DNA of 32,000 nt from Sinorhizobium meliloti (GCF_017876815.1 NZ_JAGIOS010000001.1:1920001-1952000), one strand, 5' to 3'. Counted from the stretch's first letter, positions 7,330 through 16,157 are shown. Translations and numbers: made by a program. The notes: generated by a model not told the origin, from the letters alone.

Positions 7330-8379
7330 TCAGAGCAGGCGGGTGAAGTGCCCCATTTTGCGGCCGGGCCGCGCCTCGGCCTTGCCGTAGAGATGAAGGA
7401 ACACATTGCGCTCGGCAAGCAAGTCCGGAACGCGGGCGATGTCGTCGCCGACCAGGTTCTGCATCACGCAATCCGAATGGCGCGACGGGTCGCCGAGGGG
7501 CAGGCCTGCAATCGCGCGGATATGCTGCTCGAACTGCGAAACGACGCAGGCGGCCTCCGTCCAATGGCCGGAATTGTGTACGCGCGGCGCGATCTCGTTT
7601 GCGACGACGCCGCCGTCGGCCAGAACGAAGAACTCGACACCGATGACGCCGACATAGCCGAGCGCGTCGAGGATGGCGGTTGCCGCCTTGCGGGCGGCCT
7701 CCGTGGCTGACGGACCGACGGATGCGGGCACGGTCGAGGTGTGGAGAATGCCGTTGCGATGCACATTCTCGGCAGGATCGAAACAGGCGGTCGTGCCGTC
7801 GGCCGCGCGTGCGGCGATGACCGAGATCTCCCGGTCGAACGGCACGAAGCTTTCGAGGATCAGCGGTACCTGTCCGAGCGCGACATAGGCGCCGGCCGGA
7901 TCGTCGGTAGCGGAACGAAAGACGCGCTGGCCCTTGCCGTCGTAGCCGAGCCGGCGGGTCTTGAGCACGCCGGCGCCGCCGAATTCCGCAAGGGCGGCCT
8001 CGAGGTCGGCCTGGCTGTCGACGGGTTGGAATCCGGCGGTGGCGATGCCACAGCCGTTGATGAAGCGCTTCTCGGCGAGACGGTCCTGTGCCACTTCCAG
8101 CGCCTTCGGCGGCGGAAAGACCGGCCGCGAACGGGCGAGTTGCTCGGCGGCCGAGACCGGGACGTTCTCGAATTCGTAAGTGATGAGATCCGCCACCCGC
8201 GCAAGCTCGTCCAGCGCGCGCGGATCGTCATAGGCGGCGACGATCTGGTCGTTCGCCACCTGCGCCGCCGGACAGTCCGGCTGCGGCTCGAGCACCACGG
8301 TGCGGAAGTTCAGGCGGGCAGCGGCCATGGCCAGCATGCGGCCAAGCTGGCCGCCACCGATGATGCCGATGGTCTTCAT
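7330..8379 (-). CDS. purK: N5-carboxyaminoimidazole ribonucleotide synthase
   Basis: 349 aa, [25 protein letters not shown]..., ATP-grasp PurK pattern. The start overlaps the purE stop as ATGA. Confidence 0.93.
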   Translation of the reverse strand: MKTIGIIGGGQLGRMLAMAAARLNFRTVVLEPQPDCPAAQVANDQIVAAYDDPRALDELARVADLITYEFENVPVSAAEQLARSRPVFPPPKALEVAQDRLAEKRFINGCGIATAGFQPVDSQADLEAALAEFGGAGVLKTRRLGYDGKGQRVFRSATDDPAGAYVALGQVPLILESFVPFDREISVIAARAADGTTACFDPAENVHRNGILHTSTVPASVGPSATEAARKAATAILDALGYVGVIGVEFFVLADGGVVANEIAPRVHNSGHWTEAACVVSQFEQHIRAIAGLPLGDPSRHSDCVMQNLVGDDIARVPDLLAERNVFLHLYGKAEARPGRKMGHFTRLL

Positions 8380-8888
8380 GCCTCGTCTACCGGATATTCC
8401 GCGACCGATACGGTCTGCTGTTCGCGCCAGTCGTCGAGACGGTCGGCAAGATCCTCGTCACCGAGCGCGAGCACGGCGGCGGCCAGAAGTGCCGCATTGA
8501 TGGCCCCCGCCTTGCCGATCGCAAGCGTGCCGACCGGAATGCCGGCCGGCATCTGCACGATCGACAGCAGGCTGTCCTGGCCGGAAAGCGCTTTCGACTG
8601 GACCGGAACGCCGAAGACCGGAAGCGGCGTCATGGCCGCGCACATGCCGGGAAGATGCGCAGCACCGCCTGCGCCGGCGATGATCACCTGGAACCCCTCG
8701 TCGCGCGCGCCCTTGGCGAAGCGGACCAGGCGGTCGGGCGTGCGATGGGCGGAAACGATCCGGGCTTCGTAGGCGATGTCGAGCGCCTCGAGCGTGTCTG
8801 CCGCGTTCTTCATCGTCTCCCAGTCCGACTGGCTTCCCATGATGATGGCAACGGGCGGGGGCGTAGTATCGGTCACGTCTCGGTCCAT
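8376..8888 (-). CDS. purE: N5-CAIR mutase (class I PurE)
   Basis: 170 aa with [11 protein letters not shown]...AHRTP...[14 protein letters not shown]...VGTLAIG motifs. It sits directly upstream of purK. Confidence 0.93.
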   Translation of the reverse strand: MDRDVTDTTPPPVAIIMGSQSDWETMKNAADTLEALDIAYEARIVSAHRTPDRLVRFAKGARDEGFQVIIAGAGGAAHLPGMCAAMTPLPVFGVPVQSKALSGQDSLLSIVQMPAGIPVGTLAIGKAGAINAALLAAAVLALGDEDLADRLDDWREQQTVSVAEYPVDEA

Positions 8889-8889
8889 T

Positions 8890-9093
8890 TCAGGCGATGA
8901 TGTCGGGAATGATCTGGTCTTCGATCTTGGTGATCTTGTCCTTGATGGCCAGCTTCTTCTTTTTCATGCGCTGGACGCGCAAGGCGTCGCAGCCCGTCTG
9001 GATCATCGCGTTGATTGCCGCGTCGTAGTCTTCGTGTTCCTGCCTCAGGCGCGCGATAGTCAGTCTGAGTTCGGCCTGGTCCTGGTCCGGCAT
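8890..9093 (-). CDS. DUF465 (YdcH-like) small coiled-coil protein, first cistron of the purEK unit
   Basis: Start moved to ATG 9091-9093 ([30 protein letters not shown]...[20 protein letters not shown]...). The stop TGA (8890-8892) lies 1 nt from the purE ATG (8886-8888). Confidence 0.75.
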   Translation of the reverse strand: MPDQDQAELRLTIARLRQEHEDYDAAINAMIQTGCDALRVQRMKKKKLAIKDKITKIEDQIIPDIIA

Positions 9094-9305
9094 TGCAAAG
9101 CGATCCCCATAAGCCCGGCTTCGCCGATCCGCGATCCGGAAATTCCTGCGTCGCTCTACCACATCTTGGTTAGCGACGGGAAGTTACCCGGCGTCATCAT
9201 TTCGCCTTCGACAAATGAAAAATGGCATGGCACAGTAAAAAGGTTTCAACCATGGAACATCCGGCATTTGCGTGCCGGATGCAAGCTAAAGGGAAGGGAC
9301 TGCCA

Positions 9306-9479
9306 ATGACCATTGAGGCTCATCTTGCAACGCTTGAGAAAAAACATGGCGTCCTTGAAGAGGAGCTACACGAGGCTCTGAACTCTCCGTCCTGCGAGGA
9401 CGAACTGATCAGCGAACTCAAGCGACGGAAGCTGCGCATCAAGGACGAAATCGAAAGACTCCGTTCCTCGACGCACTGA
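9306..9479 (+). CDS. DUF465 (YdcH-like) small coiled-coil protein
   Basis: ATG at 9306 is preceded by AAGGGAAGGGA. The product is MTIEAHLATLEKKHGVLEEELHEALNSP...LKRRKLRIKDEIERLRSSTH, which has the same (K/R)KKLxIKDxI signature as the divergent copy. Confidence 0.75.
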   Translation: MTIEAHLATLEKKHGVLEEELHEALNSPSCEDELISELKRRKLRIKDEIERLRSSTH

Positions 9480-9632
9480 GCGTGAACGGTATTCCCGATT
9501 GCATCGGGACGCATCGCCGCGCGGAGCTGCAGAGGCGATGCGACGATAGGGTCAAAACAATCCCGAAAAGATAGATTGCATTGCTTGACCGGGCCAAGGT
9601 CCGGTCGGCTTTGCACGGCCGAGCGGAGTGCA

Positions 9633-9893
9633 TCAGGACCAGAATTGGTCCAGCCACAGGTTGAGCCGGTCGAAGCCCGGCCTGTTGATCGCGTAGATCC
9701 GCCGTGTGCCGCTGGTCGATACCGATACCAGGTTGCAGTCGAGCAGGGCCTTGAGATGCTGGGAGACGGCGGGCCGGCTGATCGGCAGACCTTCGGCGAG
9801 CTCGTTGACGGTCCTTGGCGCGCGCCTGAGTTCCTCCAGCAGATGGCGCCGGTTCGGATCCGCAATGGCATCGAATGGGTCCGCGATCGTCAT
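9633..9893 (-). CDS. ArsR/SmtB-family transcriptional regulator
   Basis: 86 aa, ...FDAIADPNRRHLLEELRRAPRTVNELAEGLPISRPAVSQHLKALLDCNLV..., a typical ArsR winged helix-turn-helix. Confidence 0.85.
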   Translation of the reverse strand: MTIADPFDAIADPNRRHLLEELRRAPRTVNELAEGLPISRPAVSQHLKALLDCNLVSVSTSGTRRIYAINRPGFDRLNLWLDQFWS

Positions 9894-9973
9894 GAGCGGA
9901 CGTTAGGCGAATTCCCCCGGAGCGGCAAGGAAAATTGTGCGGTGCGGAATTGCCCTTCGCGCCGCAGCATCGG

Positions 9974-10756
9974 CTACACTCCTCCCGATATGATGCTCCG
10001 GAGCCCATCCCATACGAGCTTCGAGCCGGCAAGGAAGGCCATCGTGTACATGAAGGGATAAAAGACCTGCGGCTTCATCCGCCGGACGATCCAGGCGCCG
10101 CAGGCGGTCGCAACCATGGCCAGCGGGAAGAGCGTTGCCGAGGTTTTGAGATTGCTGAAATCGAGTTGGCCGAGGGCGAAATAGGGGATGAGCTTCACCG
10201 CATTGAGGATTGCGAAGAAGCGCACGATGGTGCCGGTATATTCGCGCGGCGCGAGCTTCAGCGGCAGTGCGTATATCTGGAAGGGCGGACCGCCGGCATG
10301 GGCGACGAAGCTGCCGTACCCGGCGAAGGAGCCCCAGAGTGCTGCCGGACCGGCGCGCTGCGGCTTCGGCTGGATGGGCGCGCCATTGCGGCTGCGCCAC
10401 AGGGTGTAGACATAGCGCAGTACGAAGACCACGGTGATGAGCCCGATGATCAGCCTCAGCGCGTCGCGGGGCACATAGGCGGACGTGGCCCAGCCGATGG
10501 CGATGCCGGCAAGCGCGCCCGGGAGGAGCATCACAAGGGTTTGCCGATCCCCGTGCTTGCGCCAGATCCAAAGGGAAACGATGTCCATGGCGATGAGGAT
10601 CGGCAGCAGCAGCGCCGCGGCCTGTACGGGCGAAACGACCATGGACAGGATCGGGACGCCCATCAGAGACAGGGCCTCGCCCATGCCCCCCTTGGACAGG
10701 CCAACGAGCAGGACGGCCGGAACGGCAACGAGATAGAAGTCGATGTCGGGAAGCAT
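9974..10756 (-). CDS. TauE/SafE (DUF81) family anion exporter
   Basis: 260-aa polytopic membrane protein (LLVGLSKGGMG...; about 8 hydrophobic segments). The overlapping alternative-frame ORFs are Arg/Pro-rich artefacts. Confidence 0.8.
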   Translation of the reverse strand: MLPDIDFYLVAVPAVLLVGLSKGGMGEALSLMGVPILSMVVSPVQAAALLLPILIAMDIVSLWIWRKHGDRQTLVMLLPGALAGIAIGWATSAYVPRDALRLIIGLITVVFVLRYVYTLWRSRNGAPIQPKPQRAGPAALWGSFAGYGSFVAHAGGPPFQIYALPLKLAPREYTGTIVRFFAILNAVKLIPYFALGQLDFSNLKTSATLFPLAMVATACGAWIVRRMKPQVFYPFMYTMAFLAGSKLVWDGLRSIISGGV

Positions 10757-10855
10757 TGGCGGCGGTTGATCCTTTTGTCATCTCCGTCTATCGGTTTTCC
10801 CGAATGAAATCGAGTGCCGGCTTCCGGCCCGAAGCGAGATCGCCAGGATTGACCC

Positions 10856-11509
10856 ATGAGCAACATTGAAGACCGCTGCCGCCTCGTGCTGGTCGTTCCG
10901 GATATCGCAGATAGCGCGGAACGCGCGAGGCTCGTCGGCGAGGCGCTGAAGGGCGGCGACGTAGCGTCGGTGATCGTGCCGCAATACGCGCTCAGCGATG
11001 CGGATTTCCAGAAGCATGCGGAAGCGCTCGTGCCGGTGATCCAGCAGGCCGGCGCCGCGGCCTTGATAGAGGGCGACACACGGGTCGCCGGACGGGCGAA
11101 GGCGGACGGTCTCCACATCGCCGGCGGTCCGGATGCGCTGGCCGATGCGATCGAGCGGCACGCGCCGAAGCTGATCGTCGGCGGCGGCAACGCCACCGAC
11201 CGTCACCATGCGCTCGAGATCGGCGAGCTGCGGCCCGATTACGTTTTCTTCGGCCGCACGGATGGCGACATAAAGCCGGAGGCGCATCCGAAGAACCTGG
11301 CACTCGCCGAATGGTGGGCGTCGATGATCGAAATTCCCTGCATCGTCATGGGCGGCACGGATCCGCAATCCGCGCTTGCGGTCGCTGAAACCGGTGCCGA
11401 GTTCGTGGCGCTCCGCCTTGCCGTCTTTGGTGAGGCCGGTCAGGCACCGTCGGTGGTTGCGGCCGTCAACGCATTGCTTGACGAAAAAGCGCCACGGTTT
11501 GAAGGTTAA
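10856..11509 (+). CDS. Thiamine-phosphate synthase (ThiE/TenI) family protein
   Basis: 217 aa with TIM-barrel TMP-synthase-like segments (LVLVVP..., GADGLHI..., IPCIVMGG...AETGAEFVAL). No other thi genes or TPP riboswitch lie nearby, so the exact function is uncertain. Confidence 0.6.
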   Translation: MSNIEDRCRLVLVVPDIADSAERARLVGEALKGGDVASVIVPQYALSDADFQKHAEALVPVIQQAGAAALIEGDTRVAGRAKADGLHIAGGPDALADAIERHAPKLIVGGGNATDRHHALEIGELRPDYVFFGRTDGDIKPEAHPKNLALAEWWASMIEIPCIVMGGTDPQSALAVAETGAEFVALRLAVFGEAGQAPSVVAAVNALLDEKAPRFEG

Positions 11510-11518
11510 GACCTGCCG

Positions 11519-12664
11519 ATGGTAATCCGCTCTCTCCTGAAATCCAGCCGGCCCGCAGCCCTTGCCGCCGCGATGCTTCTTGCAGTCGCGCCGGCAGCGG
11601 CTCAGCAACCGGTCGCGCCTGCGCCGGCCGACGAGGGCAGCGCGCCGAAGCGCGGGCGGATCACGCCTTTCAACGGCGCGGTACTGCCGGAGGATACGGA
11701 GCGCAAACCGGCAGCGGCCGGTCCGGAAAAGCCGAAGGCCAGCGACGGCAGCGCGCCTTCGAAGGGCGTCACCGTGTTCGATCGCATGGGAGCCGAATTG
11801 CCGGCTCTGCCCGAGGAAAAGCCCTTCACCGGCAAGATCGACGAAGCCTATGGCGCCTTCCAGCGGGGTTACTACCTGACGGCGATGGACCTTGCCTTGC
11901 CGCGGGCCCAGCTCGGCGATCCCGCCGCCCAGACGCTCGTCGCCGCGATCCTGGAACAGGGCCTTGGCGTTGCACGCGACGCCAAGGCCGCCGCCTTCTG
12001 GTACGGCCAGGCGGCGAACAATGGCGACCCGGCCGCCATGTTCAAATATGCGCTGATCCTGATGGAGGGCCGCTACGTCAAGCGCGACCGGGAGAGGGCC
12101 GACGAACTGATGAAGAAGGCTGCCGATCTCGGCAACGCCTCGGCCCAGTTCAACTACGGGCAAACGCTCGTGGCCGACATGCCGGGCGAGCGGGGGCTGA
12201 AGGCGGCGATGCCCTATTACGAGAAATCCGCCGAACAGGGCATTGCGGATGCGCAGTATGCGCTCTCGCAGATCTATCTCAATGTCGACGGCATCGAGGA
12301 GAGCAAGCGGGCCCGTGCGCGCGAGTGGCTGCTCAGGGCGGCGCGGGCCGGCTATGACACCGCGCAGCTCGACATTGCCATCTGGCTGATCGAGGGGATC
12401 GCCGGCGACCGCAATCTCGAAGAGGGGTTTGCCTGGATGAAACGCGCCGCCGAAAGCGGCAACGTCGTCGCCCAGAACCGGCTCTCCCATCTCTATGTCA
12501 ATGCCATCGGAACCCGTCCGAACCCGGTGGAGGCGGCAAAGTGGTACGTGCTCTCGCGCCGGGCCGGCCTCAAGGACGATGCGCTCGAGGATTTCTATCT
12601 CGGCCTCAACGAAACGCAGCAGAAATCGGCGCTGACGGCGGCAAACAAGTATCGCTCGACCTGA
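11519..12664 (+). CDS. Secreted Sel1-like repeat (SLR/TPR) protein
   Basis: 381 aa. It has a signal peptide (LAAAMLLAVAPAAAQQ), a Pro/Ala-rich linker, and then repeated A-x-WY-x-AA-xx-G-x-A-x-AQ-x-LG Sel1 units. Confidence 0.8.
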   Translation: MVIRSLLKSSRPAALAAAMLLAVAPAAAQQPVAPAPADEGSAPKRGRITPFNGAVLPEDTERKPAAAGPEKPKASDGSAPSKGVTVFDRMGAELPALPEEKPFTGKIDEAYGAFQRGYYLTAMDLALPRAQLGDPAAQTLVAAILEQGLGVARDAKAAAFWYGQAANNGDPAAMFKYALILMEGRYVKRDRERADELMKKAADLGNASAQFNYGQTLVADMPGERGLKAAMPYYEKSAEQGIADAQYALSQIYLNVDGIEESKRARAREWLLRAARAGYDTAQLDIAIWLIEGIAGDRNLEEGFAWMKRAAESGNVVAQNRLSHLYVNAIGTRPNPVEAAKWYVLSRRAGLKDDALEDFYLGLNETQQKSALTAANKYRST

Positions 12665-12701
12665 CATGCGTCGGCGGACCCGATCTATTTCGCTTGAACT
12701 T

Positions 12702-12734
12702 CCGGGGTTTTTGTGGTCTTGAAGCCCCGGTTTT
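12702..12734 (+). terminator. Rho-independent terminator after the Sel1-repeat gene
   Basis: CCGGGG (12702-12707), a 17-nt loop, CCCCGG (12725-12730), then TTTT. Confidence 0.5.
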
Positions 12735-12769
12735 GTCCGTGGCCTTCCATCCCTGTGCCGCCGCGGACG

Positions 12770-12793
12770 GAGTGACGTCTCACTCGGTTTTTT
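12770..12793 (+). terminator. Second, tighter terminator hairpin
   Basis: GAGTGA-CGTC-TCACTC followed by GGTTTTTT. Confidence 0.55.
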
Positions 12794-12904
12794 GACGACG
12801 GTTCCCTTGCCCGCGCTTCGAGCTGCGGCCCGCATGCGGACTGTCAGACAGGTTCAATGTCCGGTCGAGCGGTCTCGGCCGGCCTTCGCTAGAGGAATTG
12901 CCGT

Positions 12905-13705
12905 ATGGCCCGCTCCGCCCTTCTCAATGTCATGGTCCAGGCCGTCTTCAAGGCCGGCAAGTCGCTGGCACGCGATTTCGGCGAAGTACAGAACCTGCAG
13001 GTTTCCTTGAAAGGCCCGGCCGACTACGTTTCGCAGGCGGACCGCAAGGCCGAGCGGATCATCCGTGAGGAGCTCATGAAGGCCCGCCCGACCTACGGCT
13101 TCCTCGGCGAGGAGGGCGAGGAGATCAAGGGGACGGACGGCGCCCACCGCTGGATCGTCGATCCGCTCGACGGCACCACCAATTTCCTTCACGGCATCCC
13201 GCATTTCGCCATCTCTGTCGCGCTCGAGCGCCAGGGCGAGATCGTCGGCGCGGTCGTCTTCAACCCGGCGACGGACGAGCTCTACACCGCCGAGCGAGGC
13301 GGCGGCGCCTTCCTGAACGACCGCCGCCTGCGCGTCGGTGCGCGCAAGGCCCTCTCCGATGCCGTGATCGGGACCGGCACGCCGCATCTCGGCCGCGGCA
13401 ATCACGGCAAGTATCTGGTCGAGCTGCGCCACGTCATGGGTGAAGTCGCCGGCATTCGCCGCATGGGCTCCGCCTCGCTCGACCTCGCTTATGTTGCGGC
13501 TGGTCGCTTCGACGGCTTCTGGGAACGGGACCTTGCCGCCTGGGACATGGCTGCCGGCCTCTTGCTCATCCGCGAAGCGGGTGGGTGGTCCACCGATGCC
13601 GAAGGCGGCGGCAAACCGCTGGAAGCGGGTTCGATCGTCTGCGGCAACGAGCATATCGCGAAGGCGCTTCGCGAGGTGATCCAGCGCCCGATTCCGTCCA
13701 AGTAA
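12905..13705 (+). CDS. suhB: Inositol monophosphatase family protein (SuhB)
   Basis: 266 aa with FLGEEG...WIVDPLDGTTNF...WDMAAG motifs of the IMPase family. Confidence 0.9.
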   Translation: MARSALLNVMVQAVFKAGKSLARDFGEVQNLQVSLKGPADYVSQADRKAERIIREELMKARPTYGFLGEEGEEIKGTDGAHRWIVDPLDGTTNFLHGIPHFAISVALERQGEIVGAVVFNPATDELYTAERGGGAFLNDRRLRVGARKALSDAVIGTGTPHLGRGNHGKYLVELRHVMGEVAGIRRMGSASLDLAYVAAGRFDGFWERDLAAWDMAAGLLLIREAGGWSTDAEGGGKPLEAGSIVCGNEHIAKALREVIQRPIPSK

Positions 13706-13720
13706 CGGCAATATAATTCA

Positions 13721-13745
13721 CCCGGAACCGTGCAACGTTTCCGGG
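13721..13745 (+). terminator. Weak hairpin downstream of suhB, with no T-run
   Basis: CCCGGAA...TTCCGGG 7-bp stem plus an inner 2-bp extension. It lacks a U-tract, so termination is uncertain. Confidence 0.25.
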
Positions 13746-14019
13746 ACGGCGACATGCATAAAACAGCAACCTGAAGCGCGCCCAATGAATTCGATTTGAA
13801 TGCGACGCGCTTTAGGGCCGTGCCCTTTGTTTTCCCTTCAATTCGGCGCAAACTTCCACTAGTCTCCGGGCCAATACGGATGGCCTGCGGCCATCGGCAG
13901 CACCGCTCTTCGATCGTCCTCGATTCGGGAATGGTGCAGCAATTCAGAGTGATGCGGCCGCCCTCTTGTTCGTCGGACAGGCGCGGAAGCTGCCGCAAAA
14001 CCGGGAGACTGGCGAACTT

Positions 14020-15126
14020 ATGGCGAAACTGAATCTGTCCGGGTGGCGCGATCGCGAAGACGTGGAGGAGGACTACGGTCCGCACAAGCTTTCGAGCCCG
14101 ATGCCCTATTTCTGGACGATGGTCCTTTTCCTGATCATCGTCGGTTTCGTCGCTGCGATCCTCTTCCGCCAGGCAAGCGAGGCCTTCGCCGGCAATCCCG
14201 GCCTCAACGGGCTGATCCTGGGCGTGCTCGTGATCGGTATCCTGCTGGCGTTCAACCATGTCCTCAGTCTGAGACCCGAGGTTCGCTGGTTCAACTCCTT
14301 CCGTGCCGCCGGCAGCGCCGACAAGGTCGGGCGCGATCCGGTGCTGCTTGCGCCGATGCGGGCTCTCATCGGGGGCCGCCAAACGACGGTAATCTCGACG
14401 GCCGCGCTCCGGTCCATCCTGGATTCCATCGCTGCGCGCCTCGACGAGTCGCGTGACATCACCCGCTATCTCGCCGGCCTTCTCGTTTTCCTCGGCCTTC
14501 TCGGTACGTTCTGGGGCCTGCTCGGCACCATCGGTTCCATCAACACCGTCATCCAGTCGCTGGATGCGGGAAGCGGCAGCACGGACGATCTCCTGAGCTC
14601 CCTCAAGGGCGGCCTTTCGGCGCCTCTCACCGGCATGGGAACGGCGTTCTCCGCCTCGCTCTTCGGTCTTTCCGGTTCGCTCATCGTGGGCTTTCTCGAT
14701 CTGCAGGCGGGACGCGCGCAGAATCGCTTCTATACGGAGCTCGAGAACTGGCTCTCGTCGGTAACCGACGTCAGCTCCGGTTTTTCCTCGCCGGGCGACA
14801 TGACCGACGGCGCTCCGGTGGAAGAACTGCGGCGGCTCACCGACCAGCTCACGCGCCTGACGCATGACGGCGGCGTGAACCAGCGTACCACCGCCGCGAT
14901 GGCAAGCCTCGCCGAAGGCATCCAGGGCCTCGTCAAGAATATGCGCGGCGAGCAACAGATGCTGCGCGACTGGATCGAGGCGCAGCAGGAGGAGGCCAAG
15001 GCGATGCGCAAGACGCTCGACAGGCTGACGGCGCGCATCGGCCAGGCCGACCGGATCACCGTGCAAAGCGAGAAGGCCGTAGGACAGGCGAAGCTCAGCC
15101 GCATGGAAGACAGCGGAGGGGATTGA
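14020..15126 (+). CDS. MotA/TolQ/ExbB-like proton-channel protein with a C-terminal coiled-coil tail
   Basis: Start at ATG 14020, with GGGAGA 11 nt upstream. There are four predicted TM helices. The last pair (FLGLLGTFWGLLGTIG ... GMGTAFSASLFGLSGSLIVGF) resembles the MotA_ExbB channel core. A ~140-aa hydrophilic, heptad-rich tail follows (EELRRLTDQLTRL...MLRDWIEAQQEEAKAMRKTLDRL). Confidence 0.75.
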   Translation: MAKLNLSGWRDREDVEEDYGPHKLSSPMPYFWTMVLFLIIVGFVAAILFRQASEAFAGNPGLNGLILGVLVIGILLAFNHVLSLRPEVRWFNSFRAAGSADKVGRDPVLLAPMRALIGGRQTTVISTAALRSILDSIAARLDESRDITRYLAGLLVFLGLLGTFWGLLGTIGSINTVIQSLDAGSGSTDDLLSSLKGGLSAPLTGMGTAFSASLFGLSGSLIVGFLDLQAGRAQNRFYTELENWLSSVTDVSSGFSSPGDMTDGAPVEELRRLTDQLTRLTHDGGVNQRTTAAMASLAEGIQGLVKNMRGEQQMLRDWIEAQQEEAKAMRKTLDRLTARIGQADRITVQSEKAVGQAKLSRMEDSGGD

Positions 15127-15128
15127 TC

Positions 15129-16157
15129 ATGGCGCTTTCCCGACGCCGCGAACCGCGGGCGATCAACTACTGGCCGGGCTTCGTCGACGCACTCTCGACG
15201 CTGCTCATGGCGATCATGTTCCTGCTCAGCGTTTTCGTCACCGCGCAATTCCTGCTCGGCAGGGAGATCAGCGGTAAGGACGAGGTGCTGAACCGGCTGA
15301 ACAGCCAGATCAACGAACTCACCCAGCTTCTGGCGCTGGAGAAGAGCGGCAAGCAGGATCTCGAGGATTCGCTCGCCAATCTGCAGGCGTCGCTTTCACA
15401 GTCGGAAGGCGAGCGGTCCCGCCTGCAGGCTTTGCTCGACCGGGGCGCCGGCAGTGCCGAAGTCGCAGACGAAAAGATCGGCCGGCTTGGCTCGGAACTC
15501 GAAAACGAACGGCAGGTCAGCGCCCGGGCGATGAGTCAGATCGAACTCTTGAACCAGCAGATCGCAGCGCTTCGCAGCCAGATCGCCGCCATCGAAGGTG
15601 CACTCCAGGCATCCGAGGCGAAGGACGACGCCTCGCAGGCCAAGATAGCCGATCTCGGCCGCAGGCTGAACGTCGCCTTGGCGCAGCGTGTCCAGGAGCT
15701 CAACCGCTACCGTTCGGACTTCTTCGGTCGGTTGAGGGAGATCCTCTCGGATCGGGAAAACATCCGCATCGTCGGCGACCGTTTCGTCTTCCAGTCGGAA
15801 GTGCTCTTTCCGTCCGGCGGCAGCGACCTGAACCCGGAAGGGCAGACCGAGATGGCGAAACTCGCGACGGCCCTTCTCGACCTTGCCAAGGAAATTCCGG
15901 CGGAGATCAACTGGGTGCTGCGCGTGGACGGCCACACGGACGATGTTCAGCTGTCGGGGATAGGGCGCTTCCGGGACAACTGGGAACTGTCGTCCGCCCG
16001 TGCTACGTCCGTCGTCAAATTCCTGATCTCGAAGGGCGTTCCGGCCGACCGCCTGGTGGCGGCCGGCTTCGGGGAGTATCAGCCCATCGCACCGGGCGAA
16101 AGCCAGGAAGCACGCGCGCAGAACCGCCGCATCGAGCTCAAGCTCACGGAGAAATAG
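15129..16157 (+). CDS. MotB/OmpA-like peptidoglycan-binding stator subunit with a long coiled-coil linker
   Basis: ATG at 15129 lies 8 nt after GGAGGGG and 2 nt after the upstream stop. It has an N-terminal single TM helix with a MotB-type Asp (WPGFVDALSTLLMAIMFLL). A ~150-aa coiled coil follows. The C-terminal OmpA_C-like domain reads RVDGHTD...NWELSSARATSV...NRRIELKL. Confidence 0.8.
   Translation: MALSRRREPRAINYWPGFVDALSTLLMAIMFLLSVFVTAQFLLGREISGKDEVLNRLNSQINELTQLLALEKSGKQDLEDSLANLQASLSQSEGERSRLQALLDRGAGSAEVADEKIGRLGSELENERQVSARAMSQIELLNQQIAALRSQIAAIEGALQASEAKDDASQAKIADLGRRLNVALAQRVQELNRYRSDFFGRLREILSDRENIRIVGDRFVFQSEVLFPSGGSDLNPEGQTEMAKLATALLDLAKEIPAEINWVLRVDGHTDDVQLSGIGRFRDNWELSSARATSVVKFLISKGVPADRLVAAGFGEYQPIAPGESQEARAQNRRIELKLTEK

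Noticed and set aside
9094-9305. A ZTP/pfl or other purine-related riboswitch upstream of the DUF465-purEK unit
   Set aside because: No GGGTCGTG...CCGCCTGGGCA-like ZTP core or purine-riboswitch junction motifs are visible. Only generic hairpins are present.
9903-10781. 292-aa alternative-frame ORF on the same strand as the TauE gene
   Set aside because: The 9974-10756 frame gives a regular polytopic membrane protein of the TauE/DUF81 type. The alternative frame is Arg/His/Pro-rich.
10757-10855. A TPP riboswitch upstream of the ThiE-like gene
   Set aside because: The spacer is only ~100 nt and lacks the CTGAGA...ACCTGATCTGGATAATGCCAGCG core.
10778-12835. 685-aa minus-strand ORF spanning the ThiE-like gene, the Sel1-repeat gene and the spacers between them
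   Set aside because: It crosses two well-supported plus-strand genes and intergenic DNA. Its composition is dominated by Arg, Gly and Pro, and it has no start context.
13489-15066. 525-aa ORF antisense to suhB and the MotA-like gene; similar cases are 16633-18237 antisense to the ABC exporter, 19721-21196 antisense to the MFS gene, 27419-28696 antisense to pgk and 29223-30329 antisense to gap
   Set aside because: In every case the opposite strand encodes a protein with canonical motifs or TM periodicity. The antisense products are Arg/Asp/Gly-rich and featureless.
14020-16157. A complete Zorya anti-phage system
   Set aside because: Only the MotA/MotB-like pair is present. No ZorC, ZorD or ZorE-like genes follow, since a convergent ABC exporter comes next. 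The A-subunit tail is much shorter than I would expect for ZorA. The locus also looks like core chromosome rather than a defence island. It is therefore reported as an orphan stator module, not as Zorya.
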